A DNA stretch of 64,000 bases. Origin: Octopus vulgaris (lineage: Eukaryota). Location: NCBI GenBank assembly GCA_951406725.2, contig OX597828.1, forward strand, positions 49,104,001 through 49,168,000, given 5' to 3'. How positions within the stretch are numbered: the stretch's first letter is position 1; each line of letters begins with the position of its first letter. Below the pieces are notes generated by a model, which was not told the DNA's origin, made no database searches, and saw only the letters and a program-made list of their open reading frames with translations. Made by a program: the position numbers and the translations under genes. Shown here piece by piece: positions 38,060-54,839 of this stretch.

Positions 38060-38519
38060 ATATATATACATACATACATACATACATATACACACACACT
38101 CTCTCTCTCTCACACACATGCACACATTTATATTCTGTTATTCTTTTATATGTTTCAGCCTTGAGGTTGTGGCCATGCTGGATCATGTGTGTGTGTGTGT
38201 GTGTGTCTATCTGTCTGTCTGTCTGTATGTATATATGTATATGTATGTGTGTGAATAATAATATTTTCAACAGATGTGTTGCAAATGTATCTGATTGTTC
38301 TCAAGCTTCAAATTTACTCTCTTCCAAGAACATTTTCACTCACTCTTATTTGTTAGCTTCCCATACATTTTACTCATGTATCTATCAGCGTTCATGGACA
38401 GTAACAAATATTACATCTAGTTTCATTTTATTCGTTGCCCACTGTGTGTGTGCGTTTGCGTGTGCTGTAAACCAGACTAAGAAAAGCATTTGACACACAC
38501 ACCAGAATGTGAGTTTTCT

Positions 38520-38687
38520 GTAAATTTTGCTTAATTGGAGTTTAAATTTTAAAAACTGGAGCTGGCATGACGCGATGCATTGTACTCTTAAAATTGCTAG
38601 GTAAATTGTAATTGAAGAAATCCTATATTGTAGATTTGTATAACTCCCAAAGGGAGGCAGATAAAATCTGCCTTTTATAATAAGAGA
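38520..38687 (-). mobile_element. Probable Helitron 5'-terminal fragment of another family
   Basis: Minus strand starts TCTCTTATTATAAAAGGCAGATTTTATCTGCC (TC start plus small hairpin); the left boundary is uncertain. Confidence 0.4.
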
Positions 38688-40507
38688 TATATTATAATCT
38701 TATATATCGACTAGTATACCCATGTCGTCAAAAATGCCATCACTAATGATAGAAATGGTATATCAAAACTATGGAAGAAACAATTGATAAATGTCAGCCA
38801 TCAAGGAAATATATATGTGCATACTCAGAATTGGCATACCAATCACAAGCTCAAGCAGTTCTTTCAGCTATGGCACCCTCTCCTTACACAGCATAAATGT
38901 TGCAAGCAGCTTTTGCGGCCTTAGAACCTTGATTAAAAGCAAAAAGAAGGACATGTCAAAAATGCTCGTTTTTCTTAACTTGACATCCCATTTTAATGAT
39001 CTGAAAATAAGCAAAAATTAACAAGAAAAAAAGATAGATTCCAAAATGATTCAAAAATAGAATTCTCAAAAAAAAAATAGATTCCAAAATTTAAAGGAAC
39101 GGCGGGAACTTAGTTGCCAACCCTATATATATTAATATTTATATAGGTGTGGCTGTATATATAGTAAGAAGCTTGCCTCCTAACCATATGGTTCTAGGTT
39201 CAGTCCCACTGCATGGCACCTAGGACAAGTGTCTTCTATTATAGCTCCAGGCTGACCAAAGCATTGTGAGTGAATTTGTTTGGTGGAAACTGAAACACAT
39301 CTTATATATATATGCATATATTTATGTGTTTCTTTGTATCTGCTTTTGTCCCCATCACCACCAACTTGTGTTGGTGTGTTTACGTCCCCGTAACTTAGCG
39401 GTTCGGGAAAAAGAAGTCGATAGAATAAGTACTAGGCTTACAAAGAAGAAGTCCTGGGGGAGATTTCTTCAACTAAAAAACCCTTTTGAGCGGTGCTCCA
39501 GCATGACCGCAGTCGATTGAAACCAGTAAAAGAATATATGTATAATTTATACAGTATGTGTTAATGTGTCTTTCTGTATGTGTATACACATATATATATA
39601 TGTGTGTATATACCTATTCAAACACAAACACTATTGAGCTTCTATATACCAGTTTTACGTACTAGAAATAGCAGTCAAATATCTTATAAATTACTCGCTG
39701 TTGTCCAGAAAAAGATGAACAACGTAGTCCTAGTTTCATTATATTAGAATAAATAAGAATAAATATGGTCATGGCCGGAACGTCTTTGATCATAGTTGAA
39801 CTCGAACATGTCTGACCAGGGGCTAAACAACCACCACAAGTCAACGGGCGGAGCCTCAATGTGGCTTCCCTGTCCGCTAGAAATTATAGCCAAAATTCCC
39901 ACAAATCGCATCTGAAATAAGGGAAAGGGGACACATCAGATAATTTAATCATAGATATAGTGTGTGGCGATATTTTGGAATTGCCATGGTTGGAGTGGCT
40001 CTGTTCATCGGTCAACTGGTTCAAAATGCATGGACGTGTGAAAAGAGAGAGAAAGAGAAAAGACAGTGTGAGAGAGAGAGGGGACGGAAGAGATAGATAG
40101 AAAGTAACTTAGGGGAGGAGGAAGGGGAGGAAATATGAAACCCGTTTAAGAAAATGCAGAAGGGAAGAATAATGAGAGGAAGTGAGATGATAGATTAAAA
40201 GGGTGAAGGGAGTGAGCTGATAGAGTAAAAGAAGGGAGAGAAGGGTTGAGAGAGAGTGTTAAGGAGAGAAAAGGAGAAGGTGGAGTAGAAATAGAGAGGA
40301 GAGAGAGAGGAAGTGAAAGAAAACGATAGAGTGATAGAAAGATGTAGGGAAATGAAAGTGTGTGTGTGTTTATATAAAGAGAGAGAGAGAGAAAGAAAGG
40401 AGACAAAGAAGTATAAAGTAGCACACAATGCTCCAACTTGGTCTTGGCCATGATAGCTAGGTAAAGCTAAAACAAAAGAACTGAATACGTACATGGACAG
40501 AATTGAT

Positions 40508-40542
<35 letters not shown>

Positions 40543-41357
40543 AAGAGATAGAGAGAGAGAAAGAGAGAGAGTGAAAGAGAAAGAGAGATAGAGTGGCAGA
40601 GAAAGGAAAGAAAAGTGTGTGAGAGGGTGAAACATGCACACACACACACGTGTGTGTGTGTGTGTGTTGTGTATGAGACAAGAGCTAGATGGTTTAAAAG
40701 TATATTTTATATATGTTGACAATGATAGAGCTATTATAATGGCGGTGCTGGTGGTGTGTGTGTTGAAGGAAGATGAAGGTGAAGAAAGTAGAAATGAAGG
40801 AAGACAGCAGGAAAAGTGTTGTAAAATGGCTGAAAAAGCAGGTTTGGAGGAAATGGAGAGAGAGAGAAGTAGTAAGATATTAGAGCCAACCAATGAAATA
40901 CTGACATTTCATATTTACACTATTTCATTGGTTGATACGTCTTGTCTGATTCATAGTAGGGCGATGGTGACGACGGTGGTTAGAGTGGCGATGGCTACAG
41001 AGGTGCTGGTGATGGCGTTGTGGTAGTGGGAATGACGGTGGTGATGGTAGTGATGCTGCTGCTGCTGATGCTGCTAATGCTGGCGTTAGTGGTGGCGATG
41101 GCGGTTATAATAGTGGTGAGGGGGTGGCGGTGAGCTCGTTGGCACTTTGTCTATGTGTGTATGCGTGTGTATTTGTGTGTGTGTGTGTTCGTTTGTGTGT
41201 GACCACATCCGTCACAAAGCAAACGCTTGTATAGAAACACTCCTACATACACACGCATACATATACAGACACACACACACACTGAGGAATGCATACACGC
41301 ACATAAAGATAAAGACGAAGAGAGGGGTGAGAACATAAATTGCCTGACACACACACA

Positions 41358-41399
<42 letters not shown>

Positions 41400-43225
41400 C
41401 ACAGATAATGATAGAGGGGAGGATTGACTTAAACACACGCACATGCACATACATATACATATATAGACATGCATACACACACACATATATATAGATATAT
41501 ATATACACAGACAGATGTTTGAGGAAATTGATACACGGATACATACACAATTAGGGATAAAGAGAGAGTAAGATATAAAGGAGGTGAGAGGGAGTGATAA
41601 AAAGGATAAGACAAAGAGAGGAAGATAAACAGAAATGAAAAGGCATATCGCACATACACATACACATACACACACACATATATATATATATATATACACA
41701 CAAACATGTATGTTTGTGTGCGTGTTGTGTGTGAAGGGGAGGACAACTAGCATAAAGAGAGAGTGGAGGTGAGAGAGAGAAGGTTAAAAGATATAATAGT
41801 AATAGAGAGAGAGGGGGAATGAAGGGAAGCTACGTATGTATATGTATGTGTGTGTTTGTCAGAGACAGATGTGTGTGTATATATTTACAAACTCTCTTCT
41901 CACCAAATACATCAGCATCTAAAACAGAAGATAGACACACATGTGCAATCTATACACAGCATACACATGTTAATGTATACATTTACATAGAAATCGCATT
42001 TATATGTATATATATATATATATACATATACATTCAATTACCACCACATTCATACATAATTATACAGATACACACACACACATATATACATGTGAATACA
42101 CACATAGACATACAAATAAAGAGGAAAGAAGAGAAAGAATATACACACTCACTCATACAGAAAGTAAGACAAAGAAAGGAAAAGACACACACACACACAC
42201 TAAATGGACAGATACATCTACACGCATATACACATACACACACGTATACATATACACAACTACGCGCACTCTCAAAAAATTATTCCAACTCACATACAAC
42301 TACATACATCGACATACACACACACATATACGCATACAGTTACACAGGCGCACACATAATACAATTTACACATACACACACAACAACTTGCACACGTGCA
42401 CACAAGAATATACACATACACATACAAATACAACCACACTCAAATACACATACACACACAATAACACAATATAATTTACACACAAATACAACTATACACA
42501 CATACGATTACACATACAACTACCCACGCATAGGAACACGCGAATACACACACTATTTGCACACGCACACATATACATACATATACACATATAAAGTTAT
42601 GCTCCCAGTAAAAATATATATAGTTATATACCCATAAAAATAAACACATCTGTACATATACATATACACGCATTTCTTTCTTTAACACAGATTATACACC
42701 CACTAAAATAAATAGACAACACAAATATATACAAAGTGCAAATAATATGAAAAACCAGCAGCTATCACACACACACACACACACACACATACGTATAGAA
42801 TAACTATAGATAGACACACACATCATTACCACACAGCTACACACCCAGTAAATTAAACACACACTAACACGTATGTGTGTGTGTGTGTGTGTGTGTGTAC
42901 TCACACACACGTCAGAAAGAACAATGAAAATACAAAGCAGTAAAATCATACACACACATAGATACATACGCATACACACACACACACACAGACGTGTGTG
43001 TGTACATCACAAAGAGAGGACAGACACCCACATACATACACTAACATAATAGTACATATGTGTGTATATATTCACATACACACACACGTATAATATACTT
43101 TTATATTTATGCTTATATATGTGTGTATCACTGAAATACAAATTGAAACAAACTCACAATTTATTTGCCACAAATATAGACGTGTATATACATATACATG
43201 CACACACACACACACACATACATAT

Positions 43226-43273
<48 letters not shown>

Positions 43274-43789
43274 TTACATCATACATACATACATATATAT
43301 AAATATACACGCGCACAGCTTTCCTTATCTCTCTGTATCTTTTTAATGTATATTTCTCTCTCTTTCTCTTTCTGACCTAACACACACACATACACACACA
43401 CATACATACACACTGAATAATTGATATACAAATAGCCTCAGTACAGAAGCAGGCACACGCACATACATACACATCCAGAGGGAACGAAGTGCTTCATATA
43501 GACGCACTCACACACAGACGTGTGTGTGTAGGGGGGATGCGTGTGCGTGTGTCAGCTGAATATATAAACCTGTATCTGATATACATACATACACACATAC
43601 ATATACATACTGTACACATATGTATATAAACGTTAGCTCCATACCTGTTATACACACACACACACACACATGAAAGAGGAAGATAAAAAGAGGGGGAGAG
43701 AGGGAGCTATTCTAGCTAAATGTGTCTACTTGACACATACATATATACATATATATATATATAAAACAGTGTGTATATATTACTTTGTG

Positions 43790-43837
<48 letters not shown>

Positions 43838-44028
43838 TATATATAGGCACATATACACACAATTATCACAGTGACTAACTACATACCATACATACATATT
43901 TGATGCACACATATTACCTATGTCTTACATATACATACCTTACATACAGACACATACATATATACATCTACATTAATATAATCAGCAGACACTTAAACAC
44001 AAGCTAAGTACCACTTCCTCTCACTTGT

Positions 44029-44077
<49 letters not shown>

Positions 44078-44865
44078 CACGCACATACTTATGGATACAC
44101 TAACATACACTCTTACAGACATACAAACTCTTATAGACTCACATACGCACTCACACACTCTAATAGATATAGTCACATACACTCTTATAGACATATTCAC
44201 ACACCTACAGATATAAACGCTTATACACACATATACGCTTTTATAGATACACTCACATACACTCTTCTAAACATAATCACACACTATTATAGACACACAT
44301 TTACAGAGAGGCATATGCACCAATAGAAGTATATATATTCACACATTCATCTTATAGAGATACACACATACATACATACATACATACATGCATACATACA
44401 CACGTTCTGTCTCACTTTCATGCATACACACTAACATACACAATATTTAGGCTATATTGATGTATGTATATATACAACCACATTCCATAGAGTTACATGT
44501 AGTAAACACACACACACAATAGACAATACAATTACACACACACATGGAGCAGATGAACAGGAAGATGGCGGCTACACGCTCCTTACAGACACACACGCAT
44601 GCACATATGCACACACACACACACACACAGAGGCACACATGTACATACGTACGAGCGAACACATACACACACACACACACACAAACGCAATTTACATGCT
44701 TCTTAACACATGAACACAAGGACTTTGAGCTTCTTTATGCGTCTTTCACATATACAGACACATACATATACACACACACTCGCAAACACGCGCGCACACG
44801 TATACGCTAGCTATATATATGTCTTACACGCACGCACACACAGACACACACGCATAATATATATA

Positions 44866-45500
<635 letters not shown>

Positions 45501-45685
45501 TACACCTTACACGCACACATACGCAAATACACTCGCCACATGATTCATGTATAGACACACAAGCCCCCATAAATCTTCCACAACAGACACATACACCTCA
45601 ACACACAAACATATACAAACTAACCACATGACTAACACACACTACACTACACTACACACACAAGGACATCAGCTCCATTCTTGTT

Positions 45686-45717
<32 letters not shown>

Positions 45718-46820
45718 ACAGATTTAGAGACGGACCAACACGAGGACCCTTCTACCTATTCGTTCGCCTTGTTAGAAATAACAGTTAAAATCCCCCTCAA
45801 ATCACATCTAGCGTATTGGCAAAGTATCCGTTGGGTGATGGAAGACGAAAAATTAGACGGGATGGCCATGAAAGGAATGTCGTGATCATAGATTTTCGTT
45901 CGCTCAGAGATAAAACTGGTTAAACAATACACACACTATATATATATATCTGTGTATAATATATACAGATACATATATGTGTGTGTAATACACACATATA
46001 TATATATACGTGTGTGTGTAATACACACACGAATATATACGTGTGTGTATACACTCATCGCCTGTTATACTATATACTCTTAGACTCATGCTTATTATAT
46101 ACCCACAGAGCACTTAAATATACTGCTGTTATATCTATTATATATATACCCGTTATTCTATTCAACAGCCCCACTAACATACATACGCGTGAAGAATATA
46201 CAGAGTACATTATACACACACACAACACACATATACATACTGCACTACATATATACATACATACACACACATATATACATACTACACACTACACTGTATA
46301 CATACACACAGACACACTACATACACTACACAATAGAGAGAGAGAGAGAAAGAGAAAATGTTGACAAGACACATGAGAAATGACCTGAAAAGCTGAGTGG
46401 TTAAGTAGAAGCCATATATTACAGTACACACATACACGCACAGATATAGGCATGTACAGACACATACATGGACACGCACACATACACATACAGTCACATA
46501 CACACAAATATTTTGTGTGTGTGTGTGTGTGTGTATTACCTTGACTAATATGTCATTGATCTAACAGATTTATTAGGTTCAATACACACAGCGTTCTCTC
46601 TGTCTCTCTCCTCCTCCTCTCTCTCTCTCTTCTCTCCATCCGTCTCTCTCCCACTCTCTCTCTCTCTCTCTCACTCTGTGCCTCTCTTTCTGCTTTCCTT
46701 TTTGATGATAGCTTCACTGTAGTAAGGGGGGTGGTTGAGTGAGGTTAGTTTCCCTATGTGTACAAACATACATAACCATATATACACACCTTCATACCAT
46801 TATAGACACATATACACAAT

Positions 46821-46888
<68 letters not shown>

Positions 46889-46938
46889 CATAGAGGTATA
46901 CAGACTCGCATAGCATGATATACACGTACATACCCCTG

Positions 46939-46984
<46 letters not shown>

Positions 46985-47184
46985 GGAGTAAACACATAAA
47001 TGTGAAACAAGGTGGAAAAAAGAGTACTCAAATACCAGTGGTAGAGTATATATATATACACACACACACTTTATAACTATACATACGCACTTATATAAAC
47101 TATTCATGTAGACAGCACTTCACAGATATATATTGTATATATGCTCATAGAGCAACATACACGTATACACAGTACTTTATACAC

Positions 47185-47220
<36 letters not shown>

Positions 47221-47603
47221 CTTTTATTCTTTCACTTGTGTTAGTTATTTGACTGCGACCAAGCTGGAGCAATGGTGGTGTGAGGGGACAAACTCAGACA
47301 CACACATACAAATACATACATATATACGACGAGTTTCTTTCAGTTTCTGTCTACCAAATCCACTCACAAGGATTTGGCTGGCCCGAGGCTATTGTAGAAG
47401 ACACTTGCCCAAGGTGCCCTGCAGTGGAACTGAACCCGGAACTATGTGGTTGGGAAGCAAGCTTCTTACCACACAAGAGAAACATTATAATGTATCTACA
47501 CACATAGCACTTGCACACACAAACACACATATTGGAAAAACAGATGTTAAGTGATGATGATGATGATTGTGTACATGCATGTGTCTGTGAAAGTGTGTGT
47601 GTG

Positions 47604-47643
<40 letters not shown>

Positions 47644-47919
47644 AGCGCCGCCCTGACTGGCCTCCGTGCCGGTGGCACATAAAAAGCACCAACCGATCAT
47701 GGTCGTTGCCAGCCTCGCCTGGCACCGTGCCGGTGGCGCGTAAAAAGCACCCACTACACTCATGGAGTGGTTGGCATTAGGAAGAGCATCCAGCTGTAGA
47801 AACACTACCAGATCAGACTGGGCCTGGTGCAGCCTTCAGGCTTCCCAGACCCCAGTTGAACCGTCCAACCCATGCTAGCATGGAAAGCGGACGTTAAACG
47901 ATGATGATGATGATCTTTA

Positions 47920-48410
47920 CCCCTTCAAAAAGAGACGCTTGGAAATGCCATTATGAAAGACTGATGAATGGGAGGAGGAGAGTCTGCCAAATGTTGACCC
48001 AACTTATGGACCAGCTACCCAGATCGACAGTTCCATGGTAGATAAAGCAATTAAGGATATGAAGACAGGGAAAGCCCTTGGCCCATCAGGAATCACTGTT
48101 GAGATGCTTAAAATTTCTGGTGGTGTGGATAATGGTCTAGTCACCTGTATTGTAAATCATGGAGGAGTCATACCCAATGATTGGTGTAGTAGCACCATAG
48201 TAAACTGCTACAAAGGTAAAGGTGATGCCTTAGTTAGAAATAATTACAGAGGTATCAAATCGTTGGATCAGGTGATGAAAGTTATGGAGAGTGTTATAGC
48301 CCAACTAATTAGGGAAAGAGTTAGCCTAGATGAGATGCAGTTTGATTTTGTGCCAGGGATAAGCACCACTGTTGCTATATTTCTGGTAAGGCAGCTGCAG
48401 GAGAAGTACA
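47920..48410 (+). mobile_element. RTE-type LINE RT fragment
   Basis: KAIKDMKTGKALGPSGITVEML..IPNDW..YKGKGDALVRNNYRGIKSL..QFDFVPGISTTVAIFLVRQLQEKY. Confidence 0.88.
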
Positions 48411-50565
48411 TATATATATCATCATCATCATTACTTAATGTCCGTTTTTCCATGCTGGCATGGGTCAGATAGTTCAATAGGAACCAACAAGCCAGAGGAC
48501 TGCACCGACCGGTAATGTCTGCTTTGGCATGGTTTCTATAGCCGGATGTTCTTCCTAACACTAATCACTTATAGCTACCAAATCCCATATAAACCATAAA
48601 TCTGATTTGAGATTGGTTTCAGGTGTAGCATAAGTTATAAAAGAAGAATACAAGTGGAATTTGTTTTTTGATCTATGTATGAAAACGCACACACAACATC
48701 CATATACACATGTACATCTATATACATATATACTACAGTGTAGTTTTTAACAAAAAGAGAAGAGAAAAAGAAAGAAGAGCTGCAACGTATGATACGTAAC
48801 TTAGAAGCAGCGCTACAAATGTACCAGTGCACATGAGATTGAGACATGGCCAACATCACACACTTCTCATGAGGAATTCCAAAAGGAGCGTCGTGAGACC
48901 ACTGCTGAGATGCTTCCAAAAAATTATAAAGAAAAGCCGTTAGAAAACCGATTATACAAGCCACTCCATCTAAGAATATCTGAAGAAGGAATATAATTCC
49001 AAAATGTCATATCAGACTATGGATAACTAAATTGCAACAGCTGTATAGCCCATTGTCTATGAGCTCATAAAGTGATCTTCTTAGCCACAAAACCATACCT
49101 TTGCAAAGTATCTTCTCTTCCACTGAATTATAGCAAAACACACACACACACACACACCTTAAACGGTTAGGTAAAGGTGACCTTCTCAAGTCATAATGGC
49201 CAATTTCCATGGCATATAAATTCACCAGCTGGACGGGACGCCAGACCATCACAGGATTATTTCTTTTTGCCAGCTGAGTGGACTGGAGCAACGTGAAATG
49301 AAGTGTTTTGCTCAAGAACACAATGCGTTGCCTGGTTCGGGAATCGAAACCACAGTCTTACGATCACGAGTGCAACACAGTAACCAAGCCATGTGCCTCT
49401 CCAACACACACACATTTGAAACCAGAGTTACACTGGGGTGGCACAGAGAGTTTTTTGTTGCTAGATTATTTTGTGTGTGTGTGTGTGAATGTTAACATCC
49501 AGCGGAGAAAGTTAGTTATGAACTCCTCAAATTATGTGTGTGAATTATATAAGAGAATGGTAGAAAGGTGTGATAATGACTGCAGCAGGTCAAGGCAACA
49601 AGATATCAATCACCAAGTATACTGAGAACATGTGGACAGCTATACTTCCAGGGTTGGTTACAGGAATATTTTCTACGCTGCACATAAAAGATTTTGAAGC
49701 TGGATCTGAATGAAAAACCTATCGCACAAACTTAACTCCTTTTTAGAGAGGCGTAGGAATGGCTGTGTGGTAAGTAGCTTGCTTACCAACCACATGGTTC
49801 TGGGTTCAGTCCCACTGCGTGGCACCTTGGGCAAGTGTCTTCTGCTATAGCCTCAGCCGACCAAAGCCTTGTGAGTGGATTTGGTAGACAGAAACTGAAA
49901 GAAGCCTGTCGTATGTATGTATGTATGTTTGTGTGTCTGTGTTTGTCCCCCCCCAACATCACTTGACAACCGATGCTGGTGTGTTTACGTCCCCGTAACT
50001 TAGCAGTTCGGCAAAAGAGACCGATGGAATAAGTACTAGGCTTACAAAGAATAAGTCCTGGTGTCGATTTGCACGACTAAAAGCAGTGCTCCAGCATGGC
50101 CACAGTCATATGACTGAAACAAGTTAAAGAGTTCTCTAATGGCTACTGTAAATGTTGACGTCTGATTTATTACACTGTAAAAAGCACCATTCGAGCTTGA
50201 TCGTTACCAGCTGGTGTTGCACAAATGGCATTCTAAGAGTGGTTGGCATTAGAAAGGGCATGCAGCTGGTGGTACAGGAAACAACATTCAAGCAACATCA
50301 TTGCCAGTGCTGCTAGACTAGCTCCTATGCAGGTGGCACCTAAAAGCACCTTTTGAGCATGGCCGTTGCTAGTACCACCTGACTGGCCCTCGTGCCGGTG
50401 GCACATAAAAGCACCCACTACACTCTCGGAGTGGTTGGCGTTAGGAAGGGCACCCAGCTGTAGAAACTCTGCCAAATCAAGATTGGAGCCTGGTGCAGCC
50501 ATCTTGTTCGCCAGTCCTCAGTCAAATCGTCTGACCCATGCTAGCATGGAAAGCGGACATTAAAC

Positions 50566-50604
<39 letters not shown>

Positions 50605-52328
50605 AGATTGTGAAGCTGGGACTGAGTAAGAAACCTATCACACAAACTTAACTCCTTTTTAGAGAGTTACCTAATGTCTTTTCTAAATGCTATTCTTATA
50701 TATTTCAAAATGTGAAAGTGCATGGCCTAGTTGTTAAGTATGTTGCACTCATGAATGTGAGATTGTGGGTTCAATTCCCAGACCAACTGTGTGTTGTGTT
50801 TTTGAGCAAAACACTTCACTTCATTTCACGTTGTTCCTGTCCATTCAGCAGTAAATTGGTAACCCTGAGATGGAATAACCTTCCGATCTGGAGCAATGTT
50901 GGCCTGCTTGCCTAGCCAGCAGGGTGGCATCATTTGAAAGCTAAAATGATACAAAGTGCAATGTGATCAGTGATGTATAATAACATCCAATAGTTAGGTT
51001 GATCACATGATCAAATGATTTCAAAATACACCTGGGTAGAATTAGGGTGGAGATTAATGTCGAGTGATTAAAATATATGTATGGGTATTATCTAGAGTGG
51101 CATTGGCATTTTTGGAAACTCTTGGATTAATTGTCAGAATATTTAACTTCCATAAAGAGATTCCTTATTTGAAAAACCGTTAAAGGAATCTGGCAGTGAA
51201 AAAATACTATTTTACTATTTACTATTTTTTTTACTATTCTACTTGTTTCAGTCATTTGACTGTGGCCTTGCTGGAGCACCGCCTTTAGTCGAGCAAATCG
51301 AGCCCAGGACTTATTCTTTGTAAGCCTAGTACTTATTCTATCAGTTCTCTTTTGCTGAACCGCTAAGTTACAGGGACGTAAACACACCAGCATCGGTTGT
51401 CAAGCAATGTTGGTGGGAGCAAACACAGACACACACACACATACATATATATATATACATATATACAACAGGCTTCTTTCAGTTTCCGTCTACCAAATCC
51501 ACTCACAAGGCTTTGGCCGATCCGAGGCTATAGTAGAAGACACTTGCCCAAGGTGCCACGCAGTGGGACTGAACCCGGAACCATGTGGTTGGTAAGCAAG
51601 CTACTTACCACACAGCCATTCCTACGCCTAAACATTGATAAAATATCCACCTGACTCATGTCACCATGGAAAAACAGACATAAAACAAATGAATGAGATA
51701 GAATTAGTTCCAGTTAGTGAAGGCATGGTTCTATGGTTGAGAAGCTTGCTTCCCAACCATGTGGCTTTGGGTTCAATTCTACCGTGCAGCAGCTTGCATC
51801 TCGCTACTGCATGAGAAAGACATCACAGGGCAGCAGCTATCTAAATCTGGTCAATAGACTATCATCATGGCATCTGTGGGTGCCTGTGTGCTTGCAGCTT
51901 TGGACTGCAGAGTCACATGCGCTCTCATCACTGAGAGTGGAGACTTTACCATCATTGGACACCAATGAGCTACCAACAACAACAACAACAACAACAGAAA
52001 GATGTAAAGCAATATTGACCTCTGCTGGACTTGAACTCAAATTCCAGAAATCTACAACATATGCCACCATAGACAGGGAAGCTATTTAACAGCTGAGCCA
52101 ATTTGCCACTTTTATAGATTTATGGACAAGTAAGCTCACTGACATATGTGTTAGAGTGGGTGGGGTGGGGGTGTATTTTTATATACATGTGTTCAAACAC
52201 GCATGGTTGTGAGCACTTGTTGTCTATGGATAAGTAGATGTAAGCCTTGTATGCACAACTATGCATGCAAAGATATAAACGTACACGTGTATGAGCTCAT
52301 ATACATGTACAAACTTGTATAACTATGG

Positions 52329-52363
<35 letters not shown>

Positions 52364-52829
52364 CACACACACACACATATATTTAACTGTATGTATATAT
52401 ACATGTATATATACATACATATGAGATCCAATCAAAGAAAACATTTTTACATATATATGTGTGTGTGTGTGTGTATTTCGTCTGTCGTTACGTTCCGAGT
52501 TCAAATTCCGCCGAGGTCGACTTTGCCTTTCATCCTTTCGGGGTCGATAAATTAAGTACCAGTTACACACTGGGATCGATGTAATCAACTTAATCCCATT
52601 GTCTGTCCTTGTTTGTCCCCTCTATGTTTAGCTCCTTGTCGGTAGTAAAGAAATATATATATATACATATTTTATATATATATATATGTATGTATGTATG
52701 TATATATGTATATAATATATATATATATACAAACATATATATAGATAGAGAAATGTATACATATATATATATATAGATAGATAGATAAATATACACACAT
52801 ATATATATATATTATATAAAGATAGATAA

Positions 52830-52875
<46 letters not shown>

Positions 52876-52899
52876 GTATATGTATATATGTATGTAGTA

Positions 52900-53055
<156 letters not shown>

Positions 53056-53329
53056 TTATCATATCATATTATATTATAATATCATATCATATTACATTAT
53101 ATTATATTATATATTTTTTTTTTCAGAATATTTATATTGGAAATATTCATACAGGTGTGTTGTGTTGTGTTGTGTTGGCAACAAACAAGAGTGTTCTTGT
53201 CAGGACAACCGTAATATTAATATATTATTTATGAAGTATACATATTAATATATGTTGCGATATGTCTCCATTTTCAACTAGCCAACCATGTTTTCTGGGT
53301 TTTTTTTTTTTTTTACTAAACACTGTTAT

Positions 53330-53331
53330 GC

Positions 53332-53372
<41 letters not shown>

Positions 53373-53995
53373 GAAGCAACAGTATTGTTGTTGCCATCAT
53401 CATCATCATCATCCTTGTCAGTACTTCTGTCACCACTACTATCACCACCACTAACACCGCCATCTTCTTCTGCCTCCTCCTCATCCTCCTCATTGTTGTC
53501 ATCGTCATCGTCATCATCATTATCAGCAGCAGCATTGTTGTTGCCATAATCATCATAGTTGTCAGCATTGCCATCGCCACCGACATCTCTACAACCACCA
53601 GCATCCATTTTTCCTCCCCCTCCTCTTCATCACCATCAGCAGCAGCAGCAGCAGCACCAATGCCAGTAGCACTGTTGTTGCCATCGTTATCATCATTTTC
53701 AGCACCACCATCTCCACCATTTCCACTACCACCACCACCACCACCACTACCACCATCATCATCATCATCGTCATTGTCATCATCATCGTCATCATCATCA
53801 TCATCATCATCATTGTCATTGTCATCGTCGTCGTCACCACCACCACCACCACCACCACCACCGTTATCATTTCCACAGCAGCAGCAGCACCACCACCACC
53901 ACCACCACCACCACAACCACCATCACCACCACCATTGTCGTCGTCGTCATCATCATCATCCCCAACATTGTTCTCATCATTGTCCTCATCATTGT
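53330..53995. repeat. Mosaic trinucleotide tract (CAT/CAC/CAG/CGT)n
   Basis: Directly visible; gives homopolymer ORFs on both strands. Confidence 0.9.
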
Positions 53996-54780
53996 TAGGA
54001 CTCGCTCCTACCAGGAATTCCTTTGGGCTCAAGGTCACAGCAGACAAAAATCTGAAAATAGTTGATTTACTTGATGCAATCTTCAACTTGGAATCCGGTG
54101 CCTACAGGCCCTTTAGAGAGCCGAACGAGAGCCTGACATACATTAACACAGCTTCCTGTCTTCCACCTATCATCATGTTCAGGAACCAAGTCAAAGAAGT
54201 CAGCAGAAGAGTCTCCAGCATGTCTTCAACTAAAGAGATCTTTGACTCCACTGCCCTGTTCCATGGTTAGGCTCTAGCTGCCAGCAGTTTTGAGGTACAC
54301 ACCAGACCCTAGCCCCTCCAAGAGAAAATGCCACCGGGAAGGTTTGTGGTTCACACCCTTTCTTCTTCGGTGTAAAAACTTGTGTGGTCAAGATCTTTAG
54401 GTTTGTGGATAAACACTTTCCTTGTATGAAAAAGTTCCGTAAAATTTTTAATAGACACACCTTAAGAGTTACTTCTTGTTGTGCACCTGGAGTAAAGAAA
54501 ATATACTAGGTAGGTCCACACCTGAGGCAGAGGTAGGATGCTCATATAGAGGTAACTCCATGTCCCCTTAATAACCACTGCAACAGATAAACAGTTGTTG
54601 GGGAGGCAGAGATAACTTCAAAGGGTCCCAGAAGGCAGTTAAATGTGTGGACGTATGTGGACATGACAGAAGGTCCTTTCAGAATCAGATTCAACAACTG
54701 GCAGTTTTCCTTTAATATCCAGGAAACAGGCAATGTTGCAGCTCTGACTTGATATATATGGTCATTGAAGGACATTACTA
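53995..54780 (+). mobile_element. Decayed Penelope-like element (RT C-terminus plus GIY-YIG remnant)
   Basis: FGLKVTADKNLKIVDLLDAIFNLESGAYRPFREPNESLTYINTASCLPP; downstream CPLNNHC...YVDMTEGPFRIRFNN. Confidence 0.8.
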
Positions 54781-54839
54781 TATATTCAATTTCTTTATTA
54801 GCCACAAGGGCCCAAACATAGAGGGGAACAATACAGCCT

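Noticed and set aside
53225-54086. Poly-Ser/Pro/His/Asp/Gly ORFs
   Set aside because: Trinucleotide mosaic open in several frames on both strands, with no splice or complexity evidence for coding.
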